DNA of 63,960 nucleotides, filler included, from Piptocephalis cylindrospora (lineage: Eukaryota), in NCBI GenBank assembly GCA_003614145.1. It is 5 parts of 5 records of this genome, joined end to end, with 100 filler letters (N's around TTAATTAATTAA, not from the genome) between each part and the next. Parts side by side here need not be neighbours in the genome. Positions count along the whole stretch, not along the records: positions 25,976 to 38,811 come from KZ987957.1; positions 38,912 to 51,738 come from KZ987958.1; 3 more parts are not named here. The stretch is one strand, 5' to 3'. The position numbers were made by a program, and so were the translations under genes. Shown piece by piece: positions 37,637 through 50,162 of this stretch; the stretch's first letter is position 1, and each line of letters begins with the position of its first letter. Under the pieces are notes generated by a model. That model was not told the DNA's origin, did not search any database, and was given only the letters and a program-made list of their open reading frames with translations.

Positions 37637-38477
37637 GCTGGTGAAAAGAAGGTGAGGGCGGAGGAGAGGGAGGAGAAGGCCTAAAGAAGTACTTTTTGAT
37701 TTGATCTTGAGAAAAGTGGAAGTGATAAGGCGTATATCCTAGGAAAGGCGTAAACGTGAAATCAAGCGTAAGGGGATAAACGGAAAGTGAATCGAGAAGT
37801 GGGGCAAGAGAAGAGGTGAGAGGCGAGGATGGAGTAAGATGAGGTAGATAAAAGAAAAGAGAAGATGGGGGAGAAATGGTCGGAACCAAGGCTCACCATT
37901 AAATAGGTCGGGTGGATAGTGAAGACGTCTCAAAATGAGGGCGCTCTGAATAATACTTATCAACCTTTCCTCATCCCGACGGCCTTTGAAACACCGACAC
38001 TTTGAGTGGGCCAATGAATAGAGATTCAAATGCAAAGATCGACTGAGAAAAATGATTTTTCCACAACCACCCAGCAGTAAAGGAAGTGGCAGTCAATGAA
38101 ACGCACTTTAATCTAAACACCCTGACCGCCCCCTCTCCCCACACACACGCATACACGCTGTTGTATGTTATGATCATAACTTCCTAAAAGCAAAGGAAAA
38201 AGCAGAGTTTAGCTAATTTTCATCAGAGGTCGCCGAGGTGAATCTAGGGTGGGTGGGTGTCACCATCTCTATAAAAGTCATAACCACATATACTATATCC
38301 CACCCCTCTTAACTGGGCATGTATCGAGGGTCCCTATTCTGAATGTCATGCACCTTCCTGGTTTATGCCGGCAGGTATGCGTTTGAGCCTGAGTGCGTTC
38401 GTCAACGAATGTGCCATGTATGTGACGAGCCTGATATATAGGTAAATAAATCCTGCTTCATCACTATCATACCCTCT

Positions 38478-38498
38478 ATATATATATATATATATATG
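38478..38498. repeat. (TA)n microsatellite
   Basis: seen directly. Confidence 0.85.
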
Positions 38499-38736
38499 TG
38501 TCTCTCTCCCTGCAAGCAAATATAATTAGAGCCATTACAAAAAACAAATAGGGAAAAGATTCGTGTATTCCCCTCATCATCTTCATCAAGACGCTGCTTC
38601 TCTTCTTTTATCACAAGCTTATCAGAAACATTGGAAGAGGAGAATGAGCAGAGAAAAAGGCGGGCAGAGCCAACCCGTTCCCCATCATCATACATACATT
38701 CTCAAAAGAAGAGTATACATCACAATCAAGGAAGGC

Positions 38737-38811
38737 TTATCGAGAGTTAGGAGGGCCACTGGAGGAGGGGTAATTGGAGTTGAGATGAGCGGGAGGAGGA
38801 GGAGGGGGAGG
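38737..38811 (-). CDS. Possible 3' end of a Pro-rich gene cut by the contig end
   Basis: ..PPPAHLNSNYPSSSGPPNSR*; no recognisable domain. Confidence 0.25.
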   Translation of the reverse strand, partial: PPPPPPPAHLNSNYPSSSGPPNSR

Positions 38812-38911
38812 NNNNNNNNNNNNNNNNNNNNNNNNNNNNNNNNNNNNNNNNNNNNTTAATTAATTAANNNNNNNNNNNNNNNNNNNNNNNNNNNNNNNNN
38901 NNNNNNNNNNN
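38812..38911. other. Artificial contig linker
   Basis: N-run/TTAATTAATTAA/N-run. Confidence 0.97.
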
Positions 38912-40285
38912 TGGCCTTCCGCCAACCCCACCACCACATCCGACTTGCATGTTCGAAGGGTCAGGAGAGCCGGGTAATCCGATTCGCTCTGACCCATGGG
39001 TCCTATGGCCTGGGAGAATGGGGTCGTGTGAGGCCAGTAGCAGTCATACAGGAGCTTCCGGTGGTTGAGATCGCCCTTGAAGACGAGGAAATCCGAGTTC
39101 CTCAAATGACCCTCCCACAGGTCAGATACCTCTGGAAGATGCCAAAAGGCTCGTGGAGAGGTCCAGAAAGGATGCGCCTCAAAGATCCATATCCCCCTCA
39201 TTAGGAATCCCTTCCATCTTGTAGCCAGTTCGCGTAATGAGGCATCCTCGTGCTGAGAAAGCACATGCAGGAGATCTGTTACATCCTGGTCCACGACATC
39301 CGACACAAACCATGGGATGGCCTTTCCATGCAACCGGATCACTCGAGCATGACCCTGACTATACAGGTAATCAGCAAAGAGAAGGTCTCCAAACAACTCA
39401 AATCCTATAGATGATAGGTGCAAAAGGATGGGTTGAGTTCATGTACCCTCTCATCCTCATCTGCCATATCCCATACCAGCATTGTCGAGGATCACATCGA
39501 TCTGCCCAGATCGAAGAGTACGGACATACTCCCAAACCCGGTCAAGGTCATTGGCTAAAATGGGAACCTCGGCATGCTCATCCGACTTTAGCTGAAATGT
39601 TGTGCCTTCCCCCGTCTTAGCCAGATCCAGGTGGACCAAGAGGCTTAGGTCAGCCCGATTACCCCAGAGGCACACGAGGGCAATTTCCCGAAAGACCTCG
39701 GCCTCCTCCTTGCCACTCTTCTTCCCCAGGATATCCTCAACGTACCTCTTGCCCAAGACGGTAATGGAATCTTGAGAGGCCTGCAAAGTCCGGGCTTTTT
39801 GTCCGGCAAATGGATCCAGCGTCTTCCAGTGTGTGGAAAGCGACAACATGGCCTGAATTAGACGATAAGTAAAGCATTCCCCAAATAACCAGGTCACGGT
39901 GAACCAGGTCCCCTTTGGAAACTCCTTTTCTTGAATTAGTACCCATTCCTTGACGTCCTGAGCACCATCATCTAGCATTGGGCTGAAGAAGAGGGCTTAG
40001 ATACAAGCTAGAGTTGTCGGCTATCAAGTTCACTTACGGTAAAGGGGCATCGGCTTCCATCCCCTCCTTAAGACACGTAATCCGCTGCATCAGTTCTTTT
40101 CCCTCTTGAACCTTGGCATCTTGTTCCTGTCCCTCCAGGCTCTGAACAGCCATCCCGATTTCCTCGACAACCCGTTGAACAATCGAGGGTAGGCGTTTCT
40201 TAAAAGTGTCCTCAGCAAAGGAGCCCTGGACGTGTCCAATCAATGGAGGCTTGGGTGGGTTGGCTGGTGATACTTTAACGGACAT
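38912..40285 (-). CDS. DUF89/ARMT1-like damage-control phosphatase, 3'-truncated at contig end
   Basis: SFAEDTFKKRLP, WLFGECFTYR, LWGNRADLSL, LDNAGFELFGD, FKGDLNHRKL, LRTCKSDVVVGL. Confidence 0.92.
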
Positions 40286-40805
40286 GGCAGTGATAGTTGG
40301 TTGATATCTTGGTAGAGGGAAGTAATAAAGAAAGGTCGGGAATGCACAAAGTCAGGGTCGATTGCGCTGACTCACCGCTTGCTTCACCTGGTCTCAGGAA
40401 GATCCGGGAGCCCTTTCTCCCAGGGTGAGGGGGCCTGGGCTCCTCAAAGATGACGAGATTTACACCCGAAGATGATGGAGTAGGAGTGACCTGCTCCCTA
40501 TAAGTACTGAAGGCGCCTGAAAAATGGTGCGATAAGGTAAATTGGGCCAAATTGGTCACAACTCAATCAATCTCCTGCTGATCACCACCTGTCTATCTGC
40601 TCGCACTATGCTTATTCCGCACGGATTGGTCGCTATTTTATTGTTTTATCTAAAGCTTCATGTAAGAAAAAGGAAAAGAGATAATAACAAATCCTTTTTG
40701 AACTTCCCCTTGAGCGATTTAAAGATTGATTAGACCATCTATACTCCTTCCTCTCCCACACTTCTTCCCGATATCTTCATCTCAGGCAAAGTTCTTAATA
40801 AGACC

Positions 40806-42213
40806 ATGGCCTGCTTTAGACCCACGCGACGGCTAGGCTTTCCCCTGGCACCGCCCGACATGACCAAGTGGATCCCAGCCAGGGGCAGGTCTCCAATCCG
40901 TGGACGGTTTGTTGCTTCTCAGGTGCTAGCCGGTAAGTGGTTGGGGAGAGAAAAGGGGATCGATAGGACATGGACATCTTCGACTCATCGACTCGTTCTT
41001 ATCTACCTTAATACAGACCAGATTACCGCTCACCTCGAGCTAGATACGGTCCCAGGGGGCCGGACAGTCCTGGAATACTATCCAGGTACGTGTCAATCTA
41101 GAGTCTTGTCTGTCCTCCTCTCATTTATATCTCGATCGATAAATCTTCATAGGCCCAGGTCTACTGACAAAGACCATGCTTGACGCTGGGGCTCGGGGAG
41201 TTATCGGACTCCAGCCCGATGAGCACTCGAGGAAATTCTTGGAAGGAAAGGACGACCGAGTGTGCATGATCAAACATCTGGTTCGGTACAAGGGTAAAGG
41301 ATTCGCATTGAACCCCGTTTATTGTCTGCCCACTAAGGACACTCCGGCCTTCAAGGGCGGAGGGGAATATTCCTCGCCCATGGACAACGGGAAGGACCTT
41401 CCGTGGATCCAGGTGGAACCCTGGGACATACCCCAACCGTCAAGTATCATTACCGGGGTCATAGATCAATCCTCCAAGGGTATGGATTCTGTGATGCTTC
41501 AGCATTTACACTACATCCGAGAACGAGCCCACTTTCATATGTATGGCAGATTAGATGCCATCGTTCTTGTTCGACGAAGGACCTCTGAGGTGGGTTCCCA
41601 TATCGACCCTTTTTTATGACTCTTCCTTTCTCCTTTCCTTAATTTTCTTACATTATCCTCCCGAGAATTCGTAGACCTTGAGGGCTAACCCAGGAAATCG
41701 CACTCGAAGCATGCTAAGCATACATGCAAATTGCCTAGTGGACATAGAGCTTCTCGGCCGCGTTCCTGCCAACCATGTCCACCCTCCCTTGGAGATGGAT
41801 TTACTAAAGATCAGCCCAAAAACACATTGCCGTATGAAGAGTAAGTACATTGCAATCCTGACAGAGAGGAGCGTATCTCATCCCATTCCTCCCACCTAGC
41901 TGATATGGAAATTTTTACCCGATGCATAAAAACCCTCATGGCAAGGAAGACGGTTCCCCTGAACAAGAGCATTCGGTGGGTACCTTCTACCCTTCTCTCG
42001 CGTTTATAATTCTCTCTGAATCCTCGCTTACCGGCCTATCCCTTCACCCCCGATAGATTATTGGGAGCAGGAGCAGAAGCCCTATTAAAGCAAATTCCCT
42101 TTGACGCAAAGTCTGTAAATGCCACAGACCTTACTATTGAGCAATTGGACGAACTGGCCTATGCCTTTGAGAATTGGCGTTACCGACCGACCGAGATGGT
42201 GTTTATCGACTAA
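40806..42213 (+). CDS. MTF1: Mitochondrial transcription factor Mtf1 / rRNA adenine-dimethylase fold
   Basis: Six exons: VLEYYPGPGLLTKTMLDAG, MYGRLDAIV, RSMLSIHA, LAYAFENWRYRP. Confidence 0.75.
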
Positions 42214-42340
42214 CTGAAATGACCTTTGCATGACCTTTTTTCCCCACATTTCCTGGATCCTTAATGTACATGTGCATAGGTCCGTTATCCGACCCTGACC
42301 GCTATTCATTTCAATATCATATTTTCTTCATTTTAAATCA

Positions 42341-43692
42341 TTAAGCATCTCTCTCCTGCTGATTCCACTTGACGCACTCAGCGAATCGAACCGCTTTCCC
42401 CCCAAAAATGTCCAAAGCACTGCATAAGAAAGTGTAAGTAGCAATGCGTAGAATAGCCCTTCACCATCTAATCATCTCGATCTCACCTGCCAAAAGTGAG
42501 GTTCACGTGACCTTGAGACAATTCATTCACCAGAGCCAAATCCTCAACACCTAATTAATGATCACCGCATGTGAGTTGATGAAAGGGGCATTTCATATAT
42601 CTCGGTCACTTACTCTTGGCGCCACCCGCATAGGTCATAGGTAACGTAGTCCACTCGCCAAGGCCTATGGAATGATGAAAAAGAAAATTAAGCTATACAG
42701 GGCATAGTAGAATAATACATCCAATAATACATTCACTTACACCTGACCAAATCCTCGTCAATTCCCTGGCATAACCCTTCTACATCTGCTGCATGAATGA
42801 GGAATTCACTGCAAATAGGGATGTTCGAGTGAGCTTACGTACTCTCACTTCAAAAAAAAATATCTCGTCTCACCTGCAATGTTCACCGAGAAGGGCTAAT
42901 GTCTCCTGAGTTACTGAAAGATTCGTTAAGGTTTGCCACTTGTTCATGGCTACAACCCACTGATTTTCACGCCGTCGGCAGCTATAGGTGGATCGGGTGA
43001 GGGTCTGGGCTCCTTCCTCTCCATCCTCAGAATCAGCAATAATTCACATTGCCTACCTCAGGTCGACGACCAGTCGATCTCGCCCAATGGCTTTACTGAG
43101 CTGGGTGAGTCTTTCCAAGGAAAATGTGGCCTCAGGGAAGAGCCAACTAGTGACAATGACCTTGAAACATTGGGGATGAGGGTGAAAAGCATGAGGGAAA
43201 GAGGGAGCCATTACATGATTACATCCCTTGCGTGCCTACCTTATCCGCGCCAGCATCTAGCCACTCCTGAGCATTATCTATAGTGATCCCCCCTCCCACC
43301 TGCATCCCGCCTAGCGGAAGAGGAAAGATTAAGGCGGACATATGAGCGAAAAGAATGTACAACTCCCGTGTCCATGATGCACATACCGGGCCAGGCTGAG
43401 ATGGCCTCCTTGGCAGCAACTTCATTTCCCTTCCCCAACTTGATGACGTGACCGCCGGTTAGATTATGTTTCCGATATAGATCAGCATAGTACGCTGGTG
43501 TCTCTCTAAGTATTGAGAAGAATTAGGCAACGATGTCGTTATATGGCCTCTACCCATACAAGGTATCACGTACGAAGAGGTAAAGTTGGTCTTGAGCGTA
43601 GTGGGCTCGGTCTCGCTTAGGGTTCCACCGACAATCTGTTTGACTTGTCCGTCGTGCAAGTCAATGCAAGGGCGGAAAACACTACGAGGCAT
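42341..43692 (-). CDS. HIS6: ProFAR isomerase (histidine biosynthesis)
   Basis: Nine exons splice in frame: [83 protein letters not shown]. Confidence 0.96.
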
Positions 43693-43949
43693 GAGTAAGG
43701 TAAGGACGAGGAATATGGAAGGAAAAAGAGCAAGGAGTCTGAGGTTGGGATACTCAATTCATCTCAAGCTACTACATCAAAACATTGGAGTTCTCAATGC
43801 GCACATGTGCTCAGAAAAAGAACGATGATGGCAATTCTGGTGGGGTTATCTTCACACTAGAGCCTCACAAGACATTGTGTACGTTCCCGTCCCCCCCCCT
43901 TCATCTTTCTTCCTTTCCCCAGTTTCACTCCCTAAAACCACATCCTATC

Positions 43950-45614
43950 ATGTCAGGAGATCCAGCTTTGAAACATCACCGAACGCGCGTTAGACAATGG
44001 GAAGCAGCAGAGACCGAAGAGGATCTTCTGCGTCTCCAGGAGCAATTTCTGGCCGACAAGGAAAAGAACTCGACAACCTGCGTCCGTACATCAAAGAAGC
44101 CAGAAGTAGATCAGTCCTCGGCTTCAGCTCAGGCCATGCCCATGCTTGAATCCTTGCCTGTGGGCCCCATCAAGGAAAATGATACGGATTCTGTAGAAAA
44201 GGAACAGCCTTCCGTAGAAAAGGAAAAAACCCCTCGGAAGAAATTGTCGTTATTCGCTCAGCGCCGACGGGAAGCAGCCAAGGAGGGGGGGGAAGGGAGA
44301 GAGGGAAGATCCTTATCGAATCTTATGGGAAGTATTGTGGAAAGGCCCATGGATTCGGCACCTTCTTTCCCCACCCTGACATCGATAGAAGCCTCACCAT
44401 CTGAGGAGGAAGATATGGCAAGGCTGGTGGAAAGGTACATGGGTACTGGGGCGGTTAAGATAAAGGATGAGGAGAACGAAGGAAGTGCCTTTCCCTCATT
44501 CTCATCCCCTCCCGCCACATCCACGTACGCCCGGATGGATGAGGAGAATAGGACGAGAGTGGATAGGATGAACCCTGAGGAGCGTAAAGAAGCATTGGAG
44601 GAATTGGAAGGGATGGTGGATGTGGAGAGTCTGCGGTCCTTCTTTGCCTCTCGAAGAGACGATCCTCAACTTCGGGCCCAGAGAGTTGAAAAGGCCTTGG
44701 GTAGCATGTCCGGGACGTCATCCTCAGTAACTGCAACATCCAAAAACCCTCAGTCGAATGAAGAAAGGAAGCACGTAACATTTGACGACTCGACCAAACC
44801 CGAGACCAAGGAGGAGAATGAGGAGGATGAGGATGAGGATACTCCCGGTGGACTCCGGAAGCACTTTCCTTCTTCCGTCCCCACCGAATCGGACAAGATG
44901 GCCTGGATGGATGAGCAAATGGAAGCCAAGTCCAGTAAGGGGACCTCGTCCTCACCAGCCTCTGCCTCTTCTTCTTCCCTTCCGCGGCCAGTGGGACTAC
45001 AGACCCTGAGTCATACGGCGGCTGGTTGGCGATTTGATCTAAAAGGTAACCTCCTTACTGGTAAGGAAGAAGTGAACCGACACGAAGGACTCCATCATCA
45101 TGGGGATGACCCGGACAAGGCTGGGTACACGGTCCAGGAACTACTTTGGCTAGCGCGTAGCGCCGTTGGTGCACAGAGGAGTATGGCTTGGCGAATGCTC
45201 ACAGGGCTGGTGGCATCGGTGCGCTGGAGGACCGGGGGGCTAGGAGAGGAGGAGGCTAGGGATGTATATGATCTTTTGCTTCGTCTTGAACTGGCCATGT
45301 GGGTACGGGAGGCGGTGCAAGACCGGACCCTAGGTGTAGTGGTCGGGGTAGTGGATGTTCTCTGGGCCTGGGTTCAAGATCGATGGGAAGGGCCAGGGGA
45401 AGTCCCATCAAATACATGGGGCTACAAGGACGAGGAAAAACGGCTCTTGCGGGTATGCACGCTTATTCAAGTCGCTGAACTGATCAAGGCCATCCAGCAA
45501 GCTCGTTCCCTGCCCATGGATACAATCGAACGAATGGACCGAGTCTTGACGTGTCTGTCCTGGATTGCCCAAGAGGGTGGGGAGGCCACTGAGGAGGAAG
45601 AGGATGGGCAATGA
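43950..45614 (+). CDS. RBA50: RNA polymerase II-associated protein Rba50/RPAP1
   Basis: SLFAQRR, MDEENRTRVDRMNPEE, RFDLKG..GLHHHGDDPDKAGYTVQELLWLARS..QR. Confidence 0.9.
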   Translation: MSGDPALKHHRTRVRQWEAAETEEDLLRLQEQFLADKEKNSTTCVRTSKKPEVDQSSASAQAMPMLESLPVGPIKENDTDSVEKEQPSVEKEKTPRKKLSLFAQRRREAAKEGGEGREGRSLSNLMGSIVERPMDSAPSFPTLTSIEASPSEEEDMARLVERYMGTGAVKIKDEENEGSAFPSFSSPPATSTYARMDEENRTRVDRMNPEERKEALEELEGMVDVESLRSFFASRRDDPQLRAQRVEKALGSMSGTSSSVTATSKNPQSNEERKHVTFDDSTKPETKEENEEDEDEDTPGGLRKHFPSSVPTESDKMAWMDEQMEAKSSKGTSSSPASASSSSLPRPVGLQTLSHTAAGWRFDLKGNLLTGKEEVNRHEGLHHHGDDPDKAGYTVQELLWLARSAVGAQRSMAWRMLTGLVASVRWRTGGLGEEEARDVYDLLLRLELAMWVREAVQDRTLGVVVGVVDVLWAWVQDRWEGPGEVPSNTWGYKDEEKRLLRVCTLIQVAELIKAIQQARSLPMDTIERMDRVLTCLSWIAQEGGEATEEEEDGQ

Positions 45615-45724
45615 GTAGGGAAGTAGAAAGGGACGAAAAATGGTGTTGCTGTATTTGCTGATGGATGGAACATGTTATGAAAGAAGGATAGGAAAGATAG
45701 CATGAAAAGACAATTGTCTTTCTT

Positions 45725-46413
45725 CTACTCCACTTCCCCCAAAGCCTCGGAAAAGGGACGAATGGCCTCGGCCAGCCTTTCTGCCAGGTCAATGAGCATA
45801 CCTAAAATAGTAATAGAAGACGGGAATGAGTAATAAGGCCAATGAAAGAGGGTAATGGACTCATACCGGTGTTGGCCGAAGCTTCGGCAATGAGGGTAAT
45901 AACCAGCTGACCCGGGCTATCGCCTCGACTGGCTGTCTGGATGACTTGGTACATGCCATAGAGGGTGGTGATTGTATGATTTTTCCCAATGCCTAGCTTG
46001 GAAGCCTTAGAGGTGGATAGAAGTGAAGGGGTGAGATGAGAGTAATTGGAAATCCCCTCGTACTAAGAATCCATACATGACCACTAGTAGAAGAAAAGGT
46101 GGCATTGAGAGTAGGGTCAATAATATCTTGAGGTAGGTCAGGCCCTTGTGCTATGGGCAGTCCGAGGGACAATGAGTTGGTTTGACTCATGTATCTCATG
46201 AGAATAGCACATACCCATGGTCAACTGAACACCCTCCCTGTCTGATAGCATAGCTGCATGAAGACCGTCTGACCTAAGAGAGAGAAAGGGATGAGACGGG
46301 CGGACCCCTGGACCCCCTCGGTTTCCTTCAACCTACGTTGAGACCAGTTCCTGAAAGTGTCGTCCTAGCTCTTCTTTGCGTTGAGCTTGGAGATCAGTGG
46401 TGATATCGGACAT
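45725..46413 (-). CDS. LAMTOR3: Ragulator subunit LAMTOR3 (MP1, roadblock fold); absent from the ORF track
   Basis: Five short exons: DGLHAAMLSDREGVQL..TLNATFSSTSGHASKLGIGKNHTITTLYGMYQVIQ..LVITLIAEASANTGMLIDL, resembling LAMTOR3 as I recall it (EGLHAIVVSDRDGVP..SKLGLSKNKSII..SANTGLIVSL). Confidence 0.9.
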
Positions 46414-46821
46414 GTTGAAAGGAGGATGGGAGGATGGAATAAGATGGGACAGCAACGTAGACTGGGCTTATCTCCTCTGCTCGTCAAGGTCAACAACCCC
46501 AGCATCTGCTCACGCCCAGCGGTGTTTAGTGAGAATGATCTGCCCTAATGTGTTGTGAGTATGGGCGATGGGCCTTCGAGACAGGGATGCATCCCAACCC
46601 AGCCTCATCAGAGACTCAGACCCAGACCTGGATCTAGTCCCAATGATAAACACCATTAGTGTGAGCCTCCTAGGCATTAAGATTGAAAAGGACCTGGATT
46701 CTCCATCCTCCTACCTACCCCCACACGGACAAACGTGGCCTTTTTCTTATCCCTTTCCTTTGTCTTAAAGCACCGATTTTTTCATCCCCGTCTCGTTCAA
46801 GAAAGCCTTCATGCAGACCCC

Positions 46822-48600
46822 ATGTCCTCGAACATCCAAGACACCACCCTTTCCTCCAACAAACGACAGCCGACCTCGGAGTCATCCGGACAGCAAGACG
46901 GTGTCGAGCCTTCCTCCCTGAGTGCCGAGGATGAAAGGAATCAGGATCGGGAAGAACTAAGAGACCTTCTCCTGACGTGCTTCCCTGATATACGCACCAA
47001 GGAGTTGGATGAAGCCTTGGCCTTTGCTGAGGGTAATTCAGAAGTGGCCGTGGATCATCTGTTGAATCTTGCCTTCCTCGCTGATGAATTCTCCACAGCC
47101 TCATCCCCTACAAGAGAGGAGACTGACGAAGGCAATGAGAATGACAAGGAAGAGGAATTTCCTGCCTTACCCACATCAGTTAGCAAGCCAGACCCGGATC
47201 TAGACTTGGCTATTGCCCTTTCCTTGGCCAGTGTCAAGGAGGGTGATGGGTCAGGAGAACCAATAAGTGCAGCTTCCGCCCAAAAACCCACTAAATCCTC
47301 CCATCCATCCCGTGTGATCCCGCATGTACAAGGCTACCCCTCCTTTGGGTCTGGATCTGGGGCATGGAGGGATAAAGAGATTCTGATCCAACAGCTTTCC
47401 CATGCCTTTCCCTCCATTCCCCGACCACAGGTGGCTGAGGCAGTTCGGGAGGCGCAGGGGAATGTGGACATGGCCATTGACATTTTGGAAACGGCACCTC
47501 CCCCATGGGGAGCAGAACATGATGAGGCCTTGACTCAAATGTCCTCTATTTTTCCGGAGCATACCGTAGAGGATCTAGCCTCCCTGATCGGGTCGCTGCC
47601 TCTCGGGGAGCTTGAAGTAGATCGTATGGTGGATAGAGTCCTAACGGGCCAGGTGGGAGCACACCCTACCAAGACCTCGGAGAGCGCAGATTTTTGGATG
47701 GCTCATCGATGCCAGCGAGAAACCAACGACATGTGGAGTGGGGAAAAGGGCAAAGGTAAAAGCACGGGGATCCAGCCTCAGTCCCTCCCAGCCCCACCCC
47801 CATCTTCCACCCACAAAGTCATCCCCTTTTCCAAAACCAAGGTTGATCAGGGAGAGTGGACGGTGCAGGTGGGAAGAAGCATGGGTCGGAAGGAAAAGAC
47901 ATCGGAATCAAACACTAGCGGGGACGGAAGAGTATATGATGTGGAGGAGTGCCGACAGCAGGCGTCTCTAGCGGCCTCCCGGAGGAATCAAGCGTATCGT
48001 GCAGCAGCCAGAGCCTTTCGATCCGCTCCTAGGGGCGGTAGGATGGGGGAAGCCGCTGCCTATTATGCCAGTGAGGCCAGGAGGCATGATGCCAGCGTTC
48101 GTCAGTGGCACTCCATGGCTACTCAAGTCATCCTAGATCGACAAGGGTTAGTAGAAGTGACTGTGAGCTTGCGAGATCCACTTATCGTACCTTGATTGAC
48201 CTTTCTCTCTCTCTCTCGATGTAGGCCAAGCCATGCGCTTCAAGCTCAGGGGATGGAGGTAATCAGAGTTGATTTGCATGGGCTGACCGTGCCAGAAGCC
48301 TGTGCCTCGGCTCTCACCGCCGCCAACTCCTGGTGGGATCGGGAATGCACGAGTGGATCAGGTAGGTTGAGGATACTCATGCTTCTCTTTTCCTTCTGTC
48401 GTCCCGCATGCTGATTTTCCCTCTTATATATAGCTCGGAGGCCAAGATCACTAAGACTAATCACAGGACTAGGGAAGCACTCGAAGGGAGGACGATCCAA
48501 GCTACAACCCGCTGTAGAGGCAGCCCTTCGTCGGGATGGATGGACCAGTCGACGGGAGGGAGGGGCTATTCTCTTGGAAGGATCCATGCAGAAAGGGTAA
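46822..48600 (+). CDS. CUE-domain + DUF1771/Smr endonuclease (Cue2/N4BP2-like)
   Basis: Repeated CUE-like motifs (CFPD, AFPS..GNVDMAIDIL, IFPE), AAAYYA, VDLHGLTVPEA, LITGLGKHS. Confidence 0.88.
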
Positions 48601-48788
48601 GGGGCCCTTGACTTATCGTGTATGCTCGGAAATTTATATATACACCGTTCAAATCCATGACCAGAAGCATGTGCAAATGAAAACCAGAGAAAGAAAGATT
48701 TCTTCTCCCTCTTCCCTACACACGGACTCTATTCATCACCTTGTCATTTCACACACCCACACACACACGCACGAGGAGCAGGCAGTCC

Positions 48789-49232
48789 TCAGGGAATCAC
48801 GTCAATGCCCATGGATTTGGCGCTCCCGATAATGGTGGAAGCTAGAGATCGTAAGGGTACCCCGGTGAGCGCAGGGTCCTTGGCCTTGATTTGAGCAATG
48901 GCGTAAATGTGCTTCAAGGATACGGTGCCTGCCGAGGTCCGTTTAGCCGCCCCGCTGCCCTTGGTGATCCCAGCAGCCCTTTTCAGGAGGAAGGAAGTGG
49001 GTGGGGACCTGAGCTCAAAAGTGAAGGACCGATCGGGCTTGATGGTAATAAGAGTGGGGATGGGAGTACCGGTGACTAGGTCCTTGGTGCGGTCGTTGAA
49101 CAGTTTGCAAAAGTCAATCGACTTTACCCCGCGTTGACCGAGTGCCGGACCGACGGGTGGGGACGAAGAGGCCTGACCCGCCGCGACCACCAATTTGAGC
49201 AATGAGCTTGTCGCCGCCTGTTTCTTTGACAT
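48789..49232 (-). CDS. MRPL11: Mitochondrial ribosomal protein uL11m
   Basis: AGQASSSPPVGPALGQRGVKSIDFCKLFN..RSFTF..SPPTS..SLKHIYAIAQIK..GSAKSMGI. Confidence 0.95.
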   Translation of the reverse strand: MSKKQAATSSLLKLVVAAGQASSSPPVGPALGQRGVKSIDFCKLFNDRTKDLVTGTPIPTLITIKPDRSFTFELRSPPTSFLLKRAAGITKGSGAAKRTSAGTVSLKHIYAIAQIKAKDPALTGVPLRSLASTIIGSAKSMGIDVIP

Positions 49233-49526
49233 GACAAGAAGGGACGTGGATGAAGGGGAGAGTGGAGGGGGAGGATAGGGGGTCGGGTGAGCAAAGCAAG
49301 AAAAAGGTAAGGGACAGGAGGTATTTGAATGTTGTTTTTTAATTGAAATAAAATTTGGATGGTTAATTTTTATATAGTGTGCGCGTTGATGCTTGTTTTG
49401 AGCAAATTTACCTCACATCCATACCAGCCTTTCTTATCCATTTTCCCTCCAAAAATTGCCTTTTTTTAATAATTGGACTCCGCTCATTGACAGCATCAAA
49501 CTAGTATGATATTTCGCTGTTTACCA

Positions 49527-49598
49527 TCGTCAGGCTGGTATGGCCATAGGAAAGTGGCGGGGTTCCACACCGCATGCGCTCTCCACCACACATTTCCT
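49527..49598 (+). repeat. Left arm of a 72-bp inverted repeat
   Basis: Reverse complement of 51667-51738; the outer 55 bp are identical, with 3 mismatches in the inner 17 bp. Confidence 0.95.
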
Positions 49599-49928
49599 CA
49601 CTCACGTCCTTATCCCTAGCTACAGAGTGACCCAGCTCCTGGTAGGATCAGAAGGATTTAGAAGCCTCTACTCATCCTTCTCTCTCTCCGACCTCAACAC
49701 ATCCTGCTCCTCTTCCTTCCCTCCTTTCAACCCTTACTCTTTCCTCGTCCTGCGCTTGAATCTCTCCTCCCACACTTCCTGGGATATCCTTCTTCTCCAT
49801 TGCCCCCTTCTCTGAAAGCTATCACTTCCCATCTTCCCCTTTGGTACTCACCTCTCTGCTACGACTCTTTCCACTAGCCCCTACGCCCCACTCGCCCAGC
49901 CTCGCCATCTACGCTTCCACTTCTCCCA

Positions 49929-50162
49929 ATGAGTCTCTTTCCCGTCTTCCTCCTAGGTCTCATCTGTCTGGGCCTCTGCCTCCTCGCCTACATGTTCTCT
50001 CCCAAGGGCAGTGACCAGACCCTGTGGCGTAGCTCCCTTATCATCACCTTTATCTGCCTCTACTCCATGTGGGCCATCACCTACATGGCCCAACTTAACC
50101 CATTGATTGCCCCACGTCGCTCAGACCTTCGACCAGAGCACTTTTCCGGCGGGCATCATTAA
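49929..50162 (+). CDS. VMA9: V-type ATPase subunit e
   Basis: SPKGSDQTLWRSSLIITFICLYSMWAITYMAQLNPLIAPRRSDLR. Confidence 0.95.
   Translation: MSLFPVFLLGLICLGLCLLAYMFSPKGSDQTLWRSSLIITFICLYSMWAITYMAQLNPLIAPRRSDLRPEHFSGGHH

Noticed and set aside
49448..49570. Sm-site-like GGCAATTTTTGG and ACCCCGCC on the minus strand (U4-like); tRNA-like GGTTCCACACC on the plus strand
   Set aside because: The U4/U6 pairing region, U5 loop and a cloverleaf could not be built; the matches are isolated and short.
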